Source of the DNA: Candidatus Hydrogenedentota bacterium
GTDB lineage: Bacteria > Hydrogenedentota > Hydrogenedentia > Hydrogenedentales > SLHB01
Reading direction: 5' to 3'
Length of the DNA stretch: 64,000 bases
NCBI GenBank assembly: GCA_963668025.2
Contig: CAXXTH010000010.1
Location: 960,001-1,024,000, forward strand
In this document: piece after piece, positions 11,101-19,696 of the stretch
Layout: the number at the start of each line of letters is the position of its first letter
Position numbering within the stretch: the first letter of the stretch is position 1
Notes under the pieces: generated by a model
What the model was told of the DNA's origin: nothing
The model's database searches: none
Seen by the model: only the letters and a program-made list of their open reading frames with translations
Made by a program: the position numbers and the translations under genes

Positions 11101-11277
11101 GTTTCACTTGCAAGCCCAGGGCATGACCACATTATGCGTTATGAAGACAACGGCTTCTGGTTGGAGCCGGGCGAAGCGCGCACGTTGTGGGTAAAAGCTT
11201 GGGAAACGCCTCCGGCGCATATGGCGGTTTCCGCGTGGAATGCGGAGAAACTGGCGGTGCCGAAAACGATCGAATGA
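8164..11277 (+). CDS. GH2 beta-mannosidase-like glycoside hydrolase with inserted beta-sandwich domain
   Basis: VPGTVHT, FEGIDY, PRLWWPNGMGEQPLY, FAKGGNWMP, CDRLGICVWQEF, RNHPSLFVWCGGNE, VTEFS; no signal peptide. Confidence 0.9.
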   Translation: MNKYIDFSEGWQLGWMPETVLGRWKQRFGDWAVTDGVLWGENPYFAQIFTSIEPADPYFFEGTVCIDGPDTAASVMVCLSEERNTYYQLFLKPGMQPVVNYIMADAKEGELLPPAGPEIQAGTEYTVRFEVLADHTEAFIDGVSLGTFCDKRLAGRMAGFAAHGGRAHFKHARLLDAASGEVLFEDDFSENTLKRVVPVALEELKCAQWIPAVVPGTVHTSLLEAGIIEDPYYGYNGPKQKWVDQQRWVYKKTFRVPEEAQDAPNLELVFEGIDYHGYVWFNGDLLGYHEGTLLPNRFDITSKVRRKGDNEVVVCILPCPFPPHANIKPYITERWHFNMDIVTAGLWRPVTLRAFGKASLRDVQVITRSIGDDAATLDVSFTINNWAMYPFEMDYTVKIASPDGDEVAEQSSKVGYFHGAQRQSVCFEISNPRLWWPNGMGEQPLYTLEVKASCRESGWANAITSTETKTLQFGIRIIEKRPTPDKQWKYNWVFVVNGRPFFAKGGNWMPIDQMLRLDPQHYERLLTRAKDSHVNMLRPWGAGLLETDEFYACCDRLGICVWQEFPLANGLFHKMDREVWRETIVSNVKRLRNHPSLFVWCGGNEFDPDCPLNKPVVDELEYLCQEFDPTRDFHRACPYGGDSHSYQVNWMEGANYTYFTRDLSAGVTEFSMASPPMMESLLRMMPEEEFEQFPPKGPDPLEAFPWKGWEPSFREAESGFSMHDAHLSRALMVMMPFISESGIPSNWDEFIRYAQNSHGLLTKFGVDFWRSRWPNCTCALSWVFNVIWPSSLTWEYVDWFNVPKMSYYDQKCSFEPLHVGAVYDDMFTPAGEEFRAKLFVANEHMQSYPNAVLAVRLRDVLMKLLSEATKAVDAPADAVCAGGFFTWRIPSDMKDAVLFLTVDLLESPGGALLSRSVYTPRVGARSMRMPYLEHGPWICDVEKTRTALAFEWAQPWREDAEGFAAEVVIRNTGEIPAYRVSLASPGHDHIMRYEDNGFWLEPGEARTLWVKAWETPPAHMAVSAWNAEKLAVPKTIE

Positions 11278-11402
11278 GGGATGAATTCGCGGGAGCGGTG
11301 AATCTTGGAAAGGAGGTGTTTGGGCAAACACGAGTAAATAAGGGGATTTTTTGTGGAGAGTTTGTTTTTTGGGATATTTTTACATGGTTGGAGGATAAAG
11401 AT

Positions 11403-12671
11403 ATGAAGCGCATGACATGGGTGGCAGTACTGTGCGCTTTGAGCGCATTTTGGTGTGTGAATGCAATGGCGGCTACGATTCAAGTCAGCGGCGGCGGCAC
11501 GGATGTCATTGCGACTGCCGTGACGGGCGCTGTCGATGGTGACGTGATTGAAATCACGGATAGCCTTGAGTATATCGAGACCGCTACGAACTGGGTCGTG
11601 GGTGTGTGGAATCTCACCATCATGGCGACAGCGGGACAGAATCCTACCCTGACTTATTCGGGCAGCACGGCGGAAGCCATTATCCCCAATGTCGGTGGAT
11701 TTCAATTGGGAGATAATGATGGCGGCCCCATTACGATCCGCAGCAACTGTCCCAACACGATGATTAACGGATATTGGATGGCCGATGGCTATTCCATACG
11801 CATTGAGAACGTCATTTTCACGACGAGTGGCAATACTTATGTGCCTGGGCAATGGGTATGTGCGATGGCGGAATTGGGCGAGACCATTACGTTTGATTTC
11901 GATAACTGCCAGTTTCTGGACTATCCAGACGCAACCGACGGGAAAACTATATATGTCAATTCTCCGGGTGTTCTGACAACCACGTTCACGAACTGCGTTT
12001 TCAAGGATGTCGGTGTGCCCATCTATCTTTATGGAGGCACCACGACAGTCGTGCAGAACTGCTTGTTCCAGGATTGGAAAACGTTTGGTATCAATGTCTG
12101 GTTCATTGATGGTTGTGCGGTGGAGATCAAAGATTCCGCGTTCTTGATGACGAAAAATCATGGGTACGGCAACGGTTCCGTTGGCGTATTCGTGGGCGGC
12201 GCCGAGGGCGGCGTTGTCACGATTGATCATTGTGACTTTTTGTCTTTGGTTGATCCGGGCCTTGGTTTTGCCGTTCAAAATGTATGGAGCGGCGGCGCGG
12301 ATGTCACCATTACAAACTGCAACATCAAGGTGAACAACACAGGCTCGGTGTTGAGCAACAGCTCAACTAATGCCTCTGCAACACTTACCTATGACTATTG
12401 CAACATGAATGGCACGGCGGATGCGGGCTGCACGGGCGGTGCGAATAACACGGCCGCGTTTGTGTTGCCGAATTATGCCGATGTTCCTTCTGACTGGGGT
12501 TATGACAATGCAGAGCTGCTGACGGCGGATAGCGAAGGCGGCGCGCTGGGTTCGATGCTGGGTGCTTCCGAAAATCCTCCTGTAGGAGATTTGCCGGTTA
12601 TGGGTGCGCTGGGCCTTGGCTTGGCGGCGGCTGCGCTGATGGCGTTTGGCCTGAAGAAGAATCGTAAATAG
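11403..12671 (+). CDS. Secreted right-handed beta-helix protein with C-terminal TM sorting tail (copy 1)
   Basis: GGAGG RBS then ATG at 11403; signal peptide MKRMTWVAVLCALSAFWCVNAMA; NCxF repeats; tail LPVMGALGLGLAAAALMAFGLKKNRK. Confidence 0.75.
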   Translation: MKRMTWVAVLCALSAFWCVNAMAATIQVSGGGTDVIATAVTGAVDGDVIEITDSLEYIETATNWVVGVWNLTIMATAGQNPTLTYSGSTAEAIIPNVGGFQLGDNDGGPITIRSNCPNTMINGYWMADGYSIRIENVIFTTSGNTYVPGQWVCAMAELGETITFDFDNCQFLDYPDATDGKTIYVNSPGVLTTTFTNCVFKDVGVPIYLYGGTTTVVQNCLFQDWKTFGINVWFIDGCAVEIKDSAFLMTKNHGYGNGSVGVFVGGAEGGVVTIDHCDFLSLVDPGLGFAVQNVWSGGADVTITNCNIKVNNTGSVLSNSSTNASATLTYDYCNMNGTADAGCTGGANNTAAFVLPNYADVPSDWGYDNAELLTADSEGGALGSMLGASENPPVGDLPVMGALGLGLAAAALMAFGLKKNRK

Positions 12672-12736
12672 CCAGTTTGTTGCTGAATACGCCTGGCTAA
12701 TGGCAGGCGATTGATAATACAAAAGACAGGAAAAAT

Positions 12737-12767
12737 ATGCCGGGGCTTTTATAAGAAGCCCCGGCAT
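12737..12767 (+). terminator. Stem-loop, probable intrinsic terminator
   Basis: ATGCCGGGGCTT / AAGCCCCGGCAT 12-bp inverted repeat after the 12671 stop. Confidence 0.6.
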
Positions 12768-12898
12768 CACACAGAACAACGGTGGAGCGAACGACGGCGC
12801 TAAATAGAAGAAGGGAGGACCAAACAGCGCTGTTTAGTGGCAGTGCTTTAGTCAAACAAGCCTATATATTGTATATGGAAACTGCTGGAGGAAAAAAG

Positions 12899-14164
12899 AT
12901 GAAGCATATGACAATGGTTGCTGTAATGTGTGTGTTGAGCGCATTGTGGTGTGGAAGCGGAATGGCTGCCACGATTCAAGTCAGCGGCGGCGGCACGGAT
13001 GTAATTGCGACCACCGTGGCGGGCGCTGCCGCAGGTGACGTGATTGAAATCACCGATAGTCTGGAATATATCGAAACTAGCGTCAACTGGGTCGTGGGCG
13101 TATGGAATATCACGGTGATGGCCACGGCTGGGCAAACTCCGACGCTGACCTATTCGGGCAGCACGGCGGAAGCCATCATCCCCAATGTCGGCGGATTCCA
13201 ACTGGGCGATAACGATGGCGGCACGATCACCGTGCGCAGTAATTGCACGAGTACGATGATCAATGGGTATTGGATGGGAGATGGCAGCACCCTGACTCTC
13301 GAGAATTGCATTTTTACGACCAGTGGAAACACGTGGATTCCTGGGTTATGGATGTGCCTAGTCGCGGAAGATGGTGAGAACATCACCGTCAATGTGAACA
13401 ACTGCCAATTTGTGGATCATCCGAACACCGGCATGGGGATTTTAGTGCGCCAGGGAGCCACAGGCAATCTGTCGGCCAATTTTACCGATTGCGTATTCAA
13501 TAACGTGGGCATGCCTATCAATTTTGAAAGTGGGCATTCCACGGTATTTAATTGCCTGTTCCAGGATTGGTATAATTTTGGTTCAAATGTCACCTTCGGA
13601 GATGGCTCTGACGTAAGCTTCTCTCATAGCGCCTTCTTGATGACGAAAGACAATGGATATGGCGCTGGCGCGGTAGGCGTCTTCGTCGGTTCTTCGACCG
13701 GTGGAACGGTCACGATTGACCACTGTGATTTCTTGTCCACATCGGATCCGGGCATGGGATTTGCCGTTCAGAATGTGTGGAGCGGCGCGGCGGATGTCAT
13801 CGTCACGAATTGCAATATCGATGTCACTCTTACCGGGTCGGTGCTGAGCAATTCATCGGATTCGCCTTCGGCGTCAATCACCTATGATTATTGCAACATG
13901 GATGGCACGGCGGATGCCGGTTGCACGGGTGGTGCGAATAATACGGCCACGTTTGTTGCTCCGAACTATGCCGATATTCCCACCGACTGGAGTTATGACA
14001 ATGCAGAACTGCTGACGGCGGATAGCGAAGGCGGTTCGCTAGGCTCTTCGCTGGGCGGCGCTGTAGCGCCTCCAGTGGAAGATGTGCCGGTCATGGGCGC
14101 GCTTGGGCTTGGCCTGGCGGCCATGTCGTTACTTGCGCTTGGCGTGAAGAAAAATCGCCGGTAG
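12899..14164 (+). CDS. Secreted beta-helix protein with C-terminal TM sorting tail (copy 2, tandem paralog)
   Basis: GGAGG RBS then ATG at 12899; N- and C-termini nearly identical to 11403..12671; tail VPVMGALGLGLAAMSLLALGVKKNRR. Confidence 0.75.
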   Translation: MKHMTMVAVMCVLSALWCGSGMAATIQVSGGGTDVIATTVAGAAAGDVIEITDSLEYIETSVNWVVGVWNITVMATAGQTPTLTYSGSTAEAIIPNVGGFQLGDNDGGTITVRSNCTSTMINGYWMGDGSTLTLENCIFTTSGNTWIPGLWMCLVAEDGENITVNVNNCQFVDHPNTGMGILVRQGATGNLSANFTDCVFNNVGMPINFESGHSTVFNCLFQDWYNFGSNVTFGDGSDVSFSHSAFLMTKDNGYGAGAVGVFVGSSTGGTVTIDHCDFLSTSDPGMGFAVQNVWSGAADVIVTNCNIDVTLTGSVLSNSSDSPSASITYDYCNMDGTADAGCTGGANNTATFVAPNYADIPTDWSYDNAELLTADSEGGSLGSSLGGAVAPPVEDVPVMGALGLGLAAMSLLALGVKKNRR

Positions 14165-14173
14165 TTTCGATAC

Positions 14174-14205
14174 GGGGAAGAGCGCCACTGCGCTCTTCCC
14201 CTTTC
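14174..14205 (+). terminator. Intrinsic terminator
   Basis: GGGGAAGAGCGC-CACT-GCGCTCTTCCCC followed by TTTC. Confidence 0.7.
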
Positions 14206-14287
14206 GCTATGCGTAAAACGTTTGGATTGAAGGCATGCGACCAGGCACGGAATGCTCCACGTGCGAGAGGGAAAGGATAAGCGCCCT

Positions 14288-16309
14288 ATGACGTTTACAT
14301 TTATTATTGGGCTCACGGCGTTGTTGCCCTATATGGGCGCCGCCTCCGATGCGCAGGCGGAACAAGCGGCGGTGGTATTAGAAGCGCCGGAAGGCCATAT
14401 CAATTATCAATGGCGAAAAGATGGGAAAAACCTGTCTCCATCTAAAGAAGCCTCGTCTCAACCGAATCAATGGCGTATAAAGCAAAATGATGATGCCTGC
14501 GTCGGCGTGTATACATGCACCTCTTGTGGCTCGGATGTAGACTTCGAACAACCGGAGACCACTTATTTTTATGTCAAATCCCCAAAATCAGCGGTCATGT
14601 CTCTTCGCTTGCTCGCCACCAGCACTCATACGGTTCCTATTCATGAGACCGCGACCGTCCGTTTTTTTCTCGGGAATGCGAGCGCGGAAGCGGTCAGCGG
14701 GACGATGGAGGTCTATTATACGGATCTGTGGGGCAACTCCATGGCTTCTCCGCAATCGCAAGAGGTTACGCTCAATGGAGAAACCACCCGGTTATTCGCC
14801 GTTTCTTCCGCTTTTGAGAAGGTGGGGTATGTAGGCTTGCGGCTCCTGTTTCGTGATTCGAGCGGCGAAGTGCTCATACAACAAAGCCCCTTTTATTCCC
14901 ATGCGGTGCTTCCGGAAGAAGCCACATTCGAGCAGGACTCGCGGTTTCTCACCTACATGATCGGCAACACCGGCATGCTGGCCGATATCGTGCCCAAAGG
15001 TTTTTATACGGATATGGCGGAGATGGGGGCTCGTTGGGGGACGATGGATGTCTGGTGGTCGCTCATGGAGCCCACGGAAGGAACCTACAATTGGGCGTAT
15101 TATGACAGCTATTTACAGAAAATGCTTGAAGTGGGCATTACACCAATTCCCCATCTATTCGCCATTCCAAAATGGTTATCGTCCAATCCATCTTCTTCGG
15201 AATATTGGCAGTATCCGCCAACGGATTGGACGGAGTGGGAGGGATTCGTCGAGGATTTCGTCGAACGGTATGGCTCATGGCTGACATATTTGCGTATATG
15301 GAATGAACCCAACATAGGCTATTGGAAGGGCACGCCCGCGCAATATGCCCAATTGGTGATTCATGCATCCCAAGCCGCAAAACGTGTGAAGCCCGATATC
15401 AAAATCATCATCGAAGCCGTCGCTGACAAAAGCTGTGATGTGATTCCCTTCTTTAACGCCGTGGACGCCGCCGGGGCCACGCCGTATTGGGATATATTGG
15501 GCGTCCATAATTACTGGATGAATAACGCGAATTACCCGGAGCGGACCAATTATCTGCCCACCTATTCCGCCGTATTGGCATGGCGGGACGCCCATAAGCC
15601 TGGCGCGCCTGTATGGGACACGGAGTTCGCCTGCATGGCGGTTGATTGGTCGGGCGGTTTTTGGGTGGGCGTGGGCGAACGTAAACAGGCGCAGTGGCTG
15701 GCACGGGGATATGTGCTGGGATTCTCTCTTGGGTTGCAGAAGATGTGCTGGTTTCCTGGGTATTCCTGGCCGGATCCGGAAGAAACGGGGGGAACCGCGC
15801 CATACTACAATCCAGCAGGCTTGTTACGGGTGGATTTGTCTCCACGTCCCGCCTACAGCGTGTATCACACATTAGCGAAGACGCTCAATGGTTGCACCTA
15901 TGATGCAGCAATTGCCTTGGGCGAAGACCAGTATGCGCGAGGCTTCTCGGGGGGGGAAGGCCGGTATATTACGGCGTTGTGGAGTGTGGATGCCGCCCAT
16001 GCGGGTAAAGTCAAACTCCATTTCACCCGGGGCGAAGCCGTGGCCATCACCAATCTGATGGGCGTGGAAACCACCGAATATACGGATTTGAGTGATGGTT
16101 CATTGGAGGTGGACATCAGCGAAGACATGGTACTGATCGCCTCCTCCGAGCGGCCCTCGATAGAGCCGCTGCCTGCGGCGCCTTTGCCGGTGAAAGCTGC
16201 TGCAGAATCCATTTTGTTATCCCAATTGGTATTGCTGGGCGGATTTACGCTCCATCGCGGCGGCCATTGGAATGGCTGGCGCATTTGGAAAACAGGGTTT
16301 AGCCGCTAA
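14288..16309 (+). CDS. Secreted GH39-like glycoside hydrolase with N-terminal Ig-like domain and TM tail
   Basis: Signal peptide; YQWRKDG...GVYTC Ig motif; IWNEPN and VWDTEFA catalytic motifs; paralogous to 3111..5903; tail LPVKAAAESILLSQLVLLGGFTLHR. Alternative start 14252. Confidence 0.72.
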   Translation: MTFTFIIGLTALLPYMGAASDAQAEQAAVVLEAPEGHINYQWRKDGKNLSPSKEASSQPNQWRIKQNDDACVGVYTCTSCGSDVDFEQPETTYFYVKSPKSAVMSLRLLATSTHTVPIHETATVRFFLGNASAEAVSGTMEVYYTDLWGNSMASPQSQEVTLNGETTRLFAVSSAFEKVGYVGLRLLFRDSSGEVLIQQSPFYSHAVLPEEATFEQDSRFLTYMIGNTGMLADIVPKGFYTDMAEMGARWGTMDVWWSLMEPTEGTYNWAYYDSYLQKMLEVGITPIPHLFAIPKWLSSNPSSSEYWQYPPTDWTEWEGFVEDFVERYGSWLTYLRIWNEPNIGYWKGTPAQYAQLVIHASQAAKRVKPDIKIIIEAVADKSCDVIPFFNAVDAAGATPYWDILGVHNYWMNNANYPERTNYLPTYSAVLAWRDAHKPGAPVWDTEFACMAVDWSGGFWVGVGERKQAQWLARGYVLGFSLGLQKMCWFPGYSWPDPEETGGTAPYYNPAGLLRVDLSPRPAYSVYHTLAKTLNGCTYDAAIALGEDQYARGFSGGEGRYITALWSVDAAHAGKVKLHFTRGEAVAITNLMGVETTEYTDLSDGSLEVDISEDMVLIASSERPSIEPLPAAPLPVKAAAESILLSQLVLLGGFTLHRGGHWNGWRIWKTGFSR

Positions 16310-17083
16310 TCAGGCATTCACCAGTGTGACTTGTACGCCGAGTGCGCGCATGCGCTGGATTTGGTCTTCGGGCGCGTTGTCATCGGTGATGATAATATCG
16401 ATTTCGGTAATATCGCCAACATGCTCGAGGCTGATCTTGCCTATTTTCGTGCTGTCCGCGATGATCACGCGCCGCGTGGCATGGGCCAGCATTTGGCGGA
16501 TGGTGTCGGCTTCATAATGATAATAGCTCGTAAGGCCTTGGCTGGCATCGACGCCGTCGAGCGAAATGAAACAAATGTCGGCATGGTATTTTTTTAGGAT
16601 CCGCAGGGCGTCTTGCCCGTAGGTGAACTGGTACCGCGCCTTGATTTCCCCGCCGAGCAGGATGACTTGATTGCGCTCGGAATCCGCCAATTCGCTCGCG
16701 GCTCTTACGGCATTGGTAATCACGACAAGCCCCTCGATAAGGGCGAGTTCGCGGGCGAGATATACATTCGTGGAGCCGGAGTTGAGCATGATCACACGGG
16801 CGTCAGACATGAGCAGGCGCGCGGCATGGGCAATCGCATGTTTTTGAGGCCCCATGGTGGCCATGCGTTCCTCCAGGTCTTTATATAGATATCCTCGCTG
16901 AATCCGCACGGCTCCACCGTGCCGGCGTTCGAGCACGCCCAAGGTTTCCAAGCATTGAAGATCCTTGCGAATGACTACTTCCGATATATTGAATCGTTTG
17001 CTTAATGAGGAGACGCGGACTGTCCCTTGTTCTTTGAGCAGTTCCAGAATGTGATCGCGCCGCTGTTCCACTGAATAATCCAT
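16310..17083 (-). CDS. DeoR/GlpR-family transcriptional regulator
   Basis: RRDHILELL...SEVVIRKDL...RRHGGA HTH; NSGST, VITN, ADSTK sensor motifs; likely start MDYSVEQ at 17083. Confidence 0.92.
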   Translation of the reverse strand: MDYSVEQRRDHILELLKEQGTVRVSSLSKRFNISEVVIRKDLQCLETLGVLERRHGGAVRIQRGYLYKDLEERMATMGPQKHAIAHAARLLMSDARVIMLNSGSTNVYLARELALIEGLVVITNAVRAASELADSERNQVILLGGEIKARYQFTYGQDALRILKKYHADICFISLDGVDASQGLTSYYHYEADTIRQMLAHATRRVIIADSTKIGKISLEHVGDITEIDIIITDDNAPEDQIQRMRALGVQVTLVNA

Positions 17084-17103
17084 AACTAAACCCCAGTATT
17101 TAG

Positions 17104-17162
17104 TTGACAATGGTTTCGTTTCTGCTTCGAAATATGTTTCGAAGTATTGCGTTCTGCTTTCG
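17104..17162. promoter_or_regulatory. Divergent promoter region with candidate DeoR-family operator
   Basis: TTGACA at 17104; palindrome CTTCGAAA-TATG-TTTCGAAG (17125-17144); repeated TTCG units. Confidence 0.5.
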
Positions 17163-17221
17163 ATTAAGGTACCATGAAGTTGGTTCTTGGCGCAATATAG
17201 AAATGACAGGAGGAAACAAAG

Positions 17222-17716
17222 ATGGGTTGCGTAAAATACGATTTGACCTTGGAAGATGCGCAAGCAATGGTGGATGCCGCTTTGGCGAAAGCGCGGCAGC
17301 TTGGGCTGAAGATGAACATCGCCGTTGTGGATGCCGGTGCGAATTTAAAAGCCTTCGTACGAATGGATGGCGCTTGGCTGGGCAGCATCGATGTTTCGCA
17401 GAAAAAGGCCCGTACAGCCCGGTTTTTCGACATGAACACGGGTGATGTGGGTGAGTTAAGCCAGCCGGGCGGCTCGTTGTACAACATCGAGCACTCGAAT
17501 AACGGATTGATCACCTTCCCGGGAGGCGTGCCAGTTAAGAACGCGGCAGGCGAAGTGATCGGCGCTATTGGGGTGTCTGGTTCGGCGGTGGAAAACGATC
17601 ATGCATGTGCAATGGCTGGGGCGAATGCATTAAGCGCCCGCCTATCCGGTGGCGGCCAGAAGGGTGCGAGCGGTTCATGCGGGGTTTCGATTGAAGGTGT
17701 TCCGGTGATCTGTTAG
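17222..17716 (+). CDS. GlcG/HbpS-like heme-binding protein (DUF336)
   Basis: [41 protein letters not shown]. Confidence 0.9.
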   Translation: MGCVKYDLTLEDAQAMVDAALAKARQLGLKMNIAVVDAGANLKAFVRMDGAWLGSIDVSQKKARTARFFDMNTGDVGELSQPGGSLYNIEHSNNGLITFPGGVPVKNAAGEVIGAIGVSGSAVENDHACAMAGANALSARLSGGGQKGASGSCGVSIEGVPVIC

Positions 17717-17758
17717 AGTGATGGATTTTGCAGCAATTCGAAAGAGGAGTGACGAGTA

Positions 17759-18424
17759 ATGGATATGAGTGCATACCGCATATTTATAGATACCGCCAAT
17801 GTGGACGAGCTTCGTGCAGCCGTTAGCACGGGTTTGGTGAATGGCATCGCCACCAATCCACAGAAGATTATGGCCAGCGGCAAAACCTACCGGCAGGTCT
17901 TGGATGAAATCCGGCGTTTCTTTAGCGGCCCCATTGCGTTCCAAGCATTAGGCCATGATTTAGAGGATGTATGCCGCCATGCCCGTGAAATTCACGCCAT
18001 GGACCCGACGTTGGCGGTGAAAGTGGCGGCCAACGGTTTTGGCTTGACGGCCGTCAAGCGCTTGGTCGCCGAAGGCATCCGCACTAACGCGACCTTGATG
18101 TACAACCCCACCCAAGCCTTGATGGCTGGTTTGGCCGGTTCGCCGTTCATCAGTCCGTTTATTGGCCGCGCCCGTATGGTGGGCATGGACGGTATCGCCG
18201 CGATTCGTGAGATGCGCCAGCTTTTTGATGCTTGGAATATTAAGAACACCTGCATCATCGGCGCGAGCATCAAGGATGTCGAGCAAGTCATCCAAGTCAT
18301 TCTGGCGGGCGCGGACAGTGTTGCGATTCCGTATGCGGTGTTTGAAGCCATGCTGAACCACCCGATGACCACGAATGGATTAAACTCCTTCCTGGAAAAC
18401 TTCGAAGAAGTGAAGAAACGGTAG
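17759..18424 (+). CDS. Transaldolase / fructose-6-phosphate aldolase family protein
   Basis: IFIDTAN, ATNP, VKV (Schiff-base Lys), NATL, SPFIGR, HPMT. Confidence 0.88.
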   Translation: MDMSAYRIFIDTANVDELRAAVSTGLVNGIATNPQKIMASGKTYRQVLDEIRRFFSGPIAFQALGHDLEDVCRHAREIHAMDPTLAVKVAANGFGLTAVKRLVAEGIRTNATLMYNPTQALMAGLAGSPFISPFIGRARMVGMDGIAAIREMRQLFDAWNIKNTCIIGASIKDVEQVIQVILAGADSVAIPYAVFEAMLNHPMTTNGLNSFLENFEEVKKR

Positions 18425-18443
18425 CCTAGTCAAATAAAGCCAT

Positions 18444-18481
18444 GGGGAAACTCTTGATACGTCAAGAGTTATCCCCTTTTT
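18444..18481 (+). terminator. Intrinsic terminator inside the polyol cluster
   Basis: GGGGAAACTCTTGA-TACG-TCAAGAGTTATCCCC followed by TTTTT. Confidence 0.7.
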
Positions 18482-18574
18482 CCTGTTATAGGATTGTTTT
18501 GAGCGTATCGGCGGCGGATGCGGGCCGTAACTGGCCCAAGCGAATAGTCGTTCGGTAACGGGAGGTAAAACCAT

Positions 18575-19693
18575 ATGAATGAAGCGCCAGCAGTGGTTTT
18601 CGGCGCAGGAAGCATCGGCCGGGGGTTGCTGGGACAATTATTGGCCGGAGCGCATCAGCCAATGCTATTTGTCGAACCCGTCGAGCTGTTGCGCGTAGCG
18701 CTATGCCAGGCAAAGTCTTATACCGTCCGGCTGACAGGACGTTGCCCGGAAACGTTCGCTGTAAACGGTTTTAACGTGGCAGGCCCGGATGATGTGGATA
18801 TGCTTAGGAACGCATTGGCTAAATGCCCATTCGCCGCGACGGCGGTGGGCGGTCCGCATTTGGCTTCCGTGGCGGGCATTCTGGCGCGGGCTTTTCCAGA
18901 ACGGGAAACGGCGCTTCCGTTGCTGCTTTGTGAGAACTGGCCGGACGCGGCGGGGGAGATGGCTCGGCATCTAGCAGCGAAAGGCATTACCGCCAGCCAA
19001 GCAACCTGTGTGGCGTCGTCCGTCGAGCGGATGCTGCGTCCGGGAGAAGGCCTGGAACTGGTCGGGGAGAGCTGTGAGACGCTCATTATTGATGGGCATG
19101 CCTGGCCTGGCGAACAGCCTCAAATCCCCGGTTTCCAGTTTGTCGAAGCCTTGGCCCCATATTACAAACGAAAACTATATACCAATAACGCTGGCCATGT
19201 GTTGCTTGCGTATGAAGGGGCGATGAAGGGATGCGCCACGCTTACGGAGGCGCTAGAATTTGCAGATATCGCGGCGCATTTACGCGAATTACTTGATGTT
19301 GCGGCGGCCGTATTGCACCGCCATTATGGGCTGGAGCCGGACCGCCTGGCGGAGCATGTAGCGAATCTACTGGCGTACCGGTATGCCAATCCGGAGCTGG
19401 GCGACACCGTGCAGCGCGTGGGCAGGCAGCCGTTGCGGAAGCTTGGCCCGGATGAGCGTTTGACGGGGCTGTTGCGGTTGGCGGAACAATATAGCTTGGA
19501 TATCGAGCCGATATGCCGCACCATGGCGGCCGCCATGCACTACCAGGATCCGGATGATGTGGAATGCGCGCGGTTGGCGGATATGATTAAGAGCGGCGGG
19601 CCGGGCGAAGTAATCGAGAAAGTATGTTTGCTTTCCCGGGAATCAAAGGCGTTTGGGCGAATTGTGGCATGGCATGCCCGATTGGGAGATTGA
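18575..19693 (+). CDS. Mannitol-1-phosphate 5-dehydrogenase-like polyol-phosphate dehydrogenase
   Basis: GAGSIGRG Rossmann motif, CEN, KLYTNNAGH, RVGRQPLRKLGPDERL. Confidence 0.85.
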   Translation: MNEAPAVVFGAGSIGRGLLGQLLAGAHQPMLFVEPVELLRVALCQAKSYTVRLTGRCPETFAVNGFNVAGPDDVDMLRNALAKCPFAATAVGGPHLASVAGILARAFPERETALPLLLCENWPDAAGEMARHLAAKGITASQATCVASSVERMLRPGEGLELVGESCETLIIDGHAWPGEQPQIPGFQFVEALAPYYKRKLYTNNAGHVLLAYEGAMKGCATLTEALEFADIAAHLRELLDVAAAVLHRHYGLEPDRLAEHVANLLAYRYANPELGDTVQRVGRQPLRKLGPDERLTGLLRLAEQYSLDIEPICRTMAAAMHYQDPDDVECARLADMIKSGGPGEVIEKVCLLSRESKAFGRIVAWHARLGD

Positions 19694-19696
19694 CAT

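Noticed and set aside
11187-11402. Longer start for beta-helix copy 1, or a c-di-GMP riboswitch at GGGCAAAC
   Set aside because: RBS and signal peptide support 11403; the rest of the riboswitch consensus is missing.
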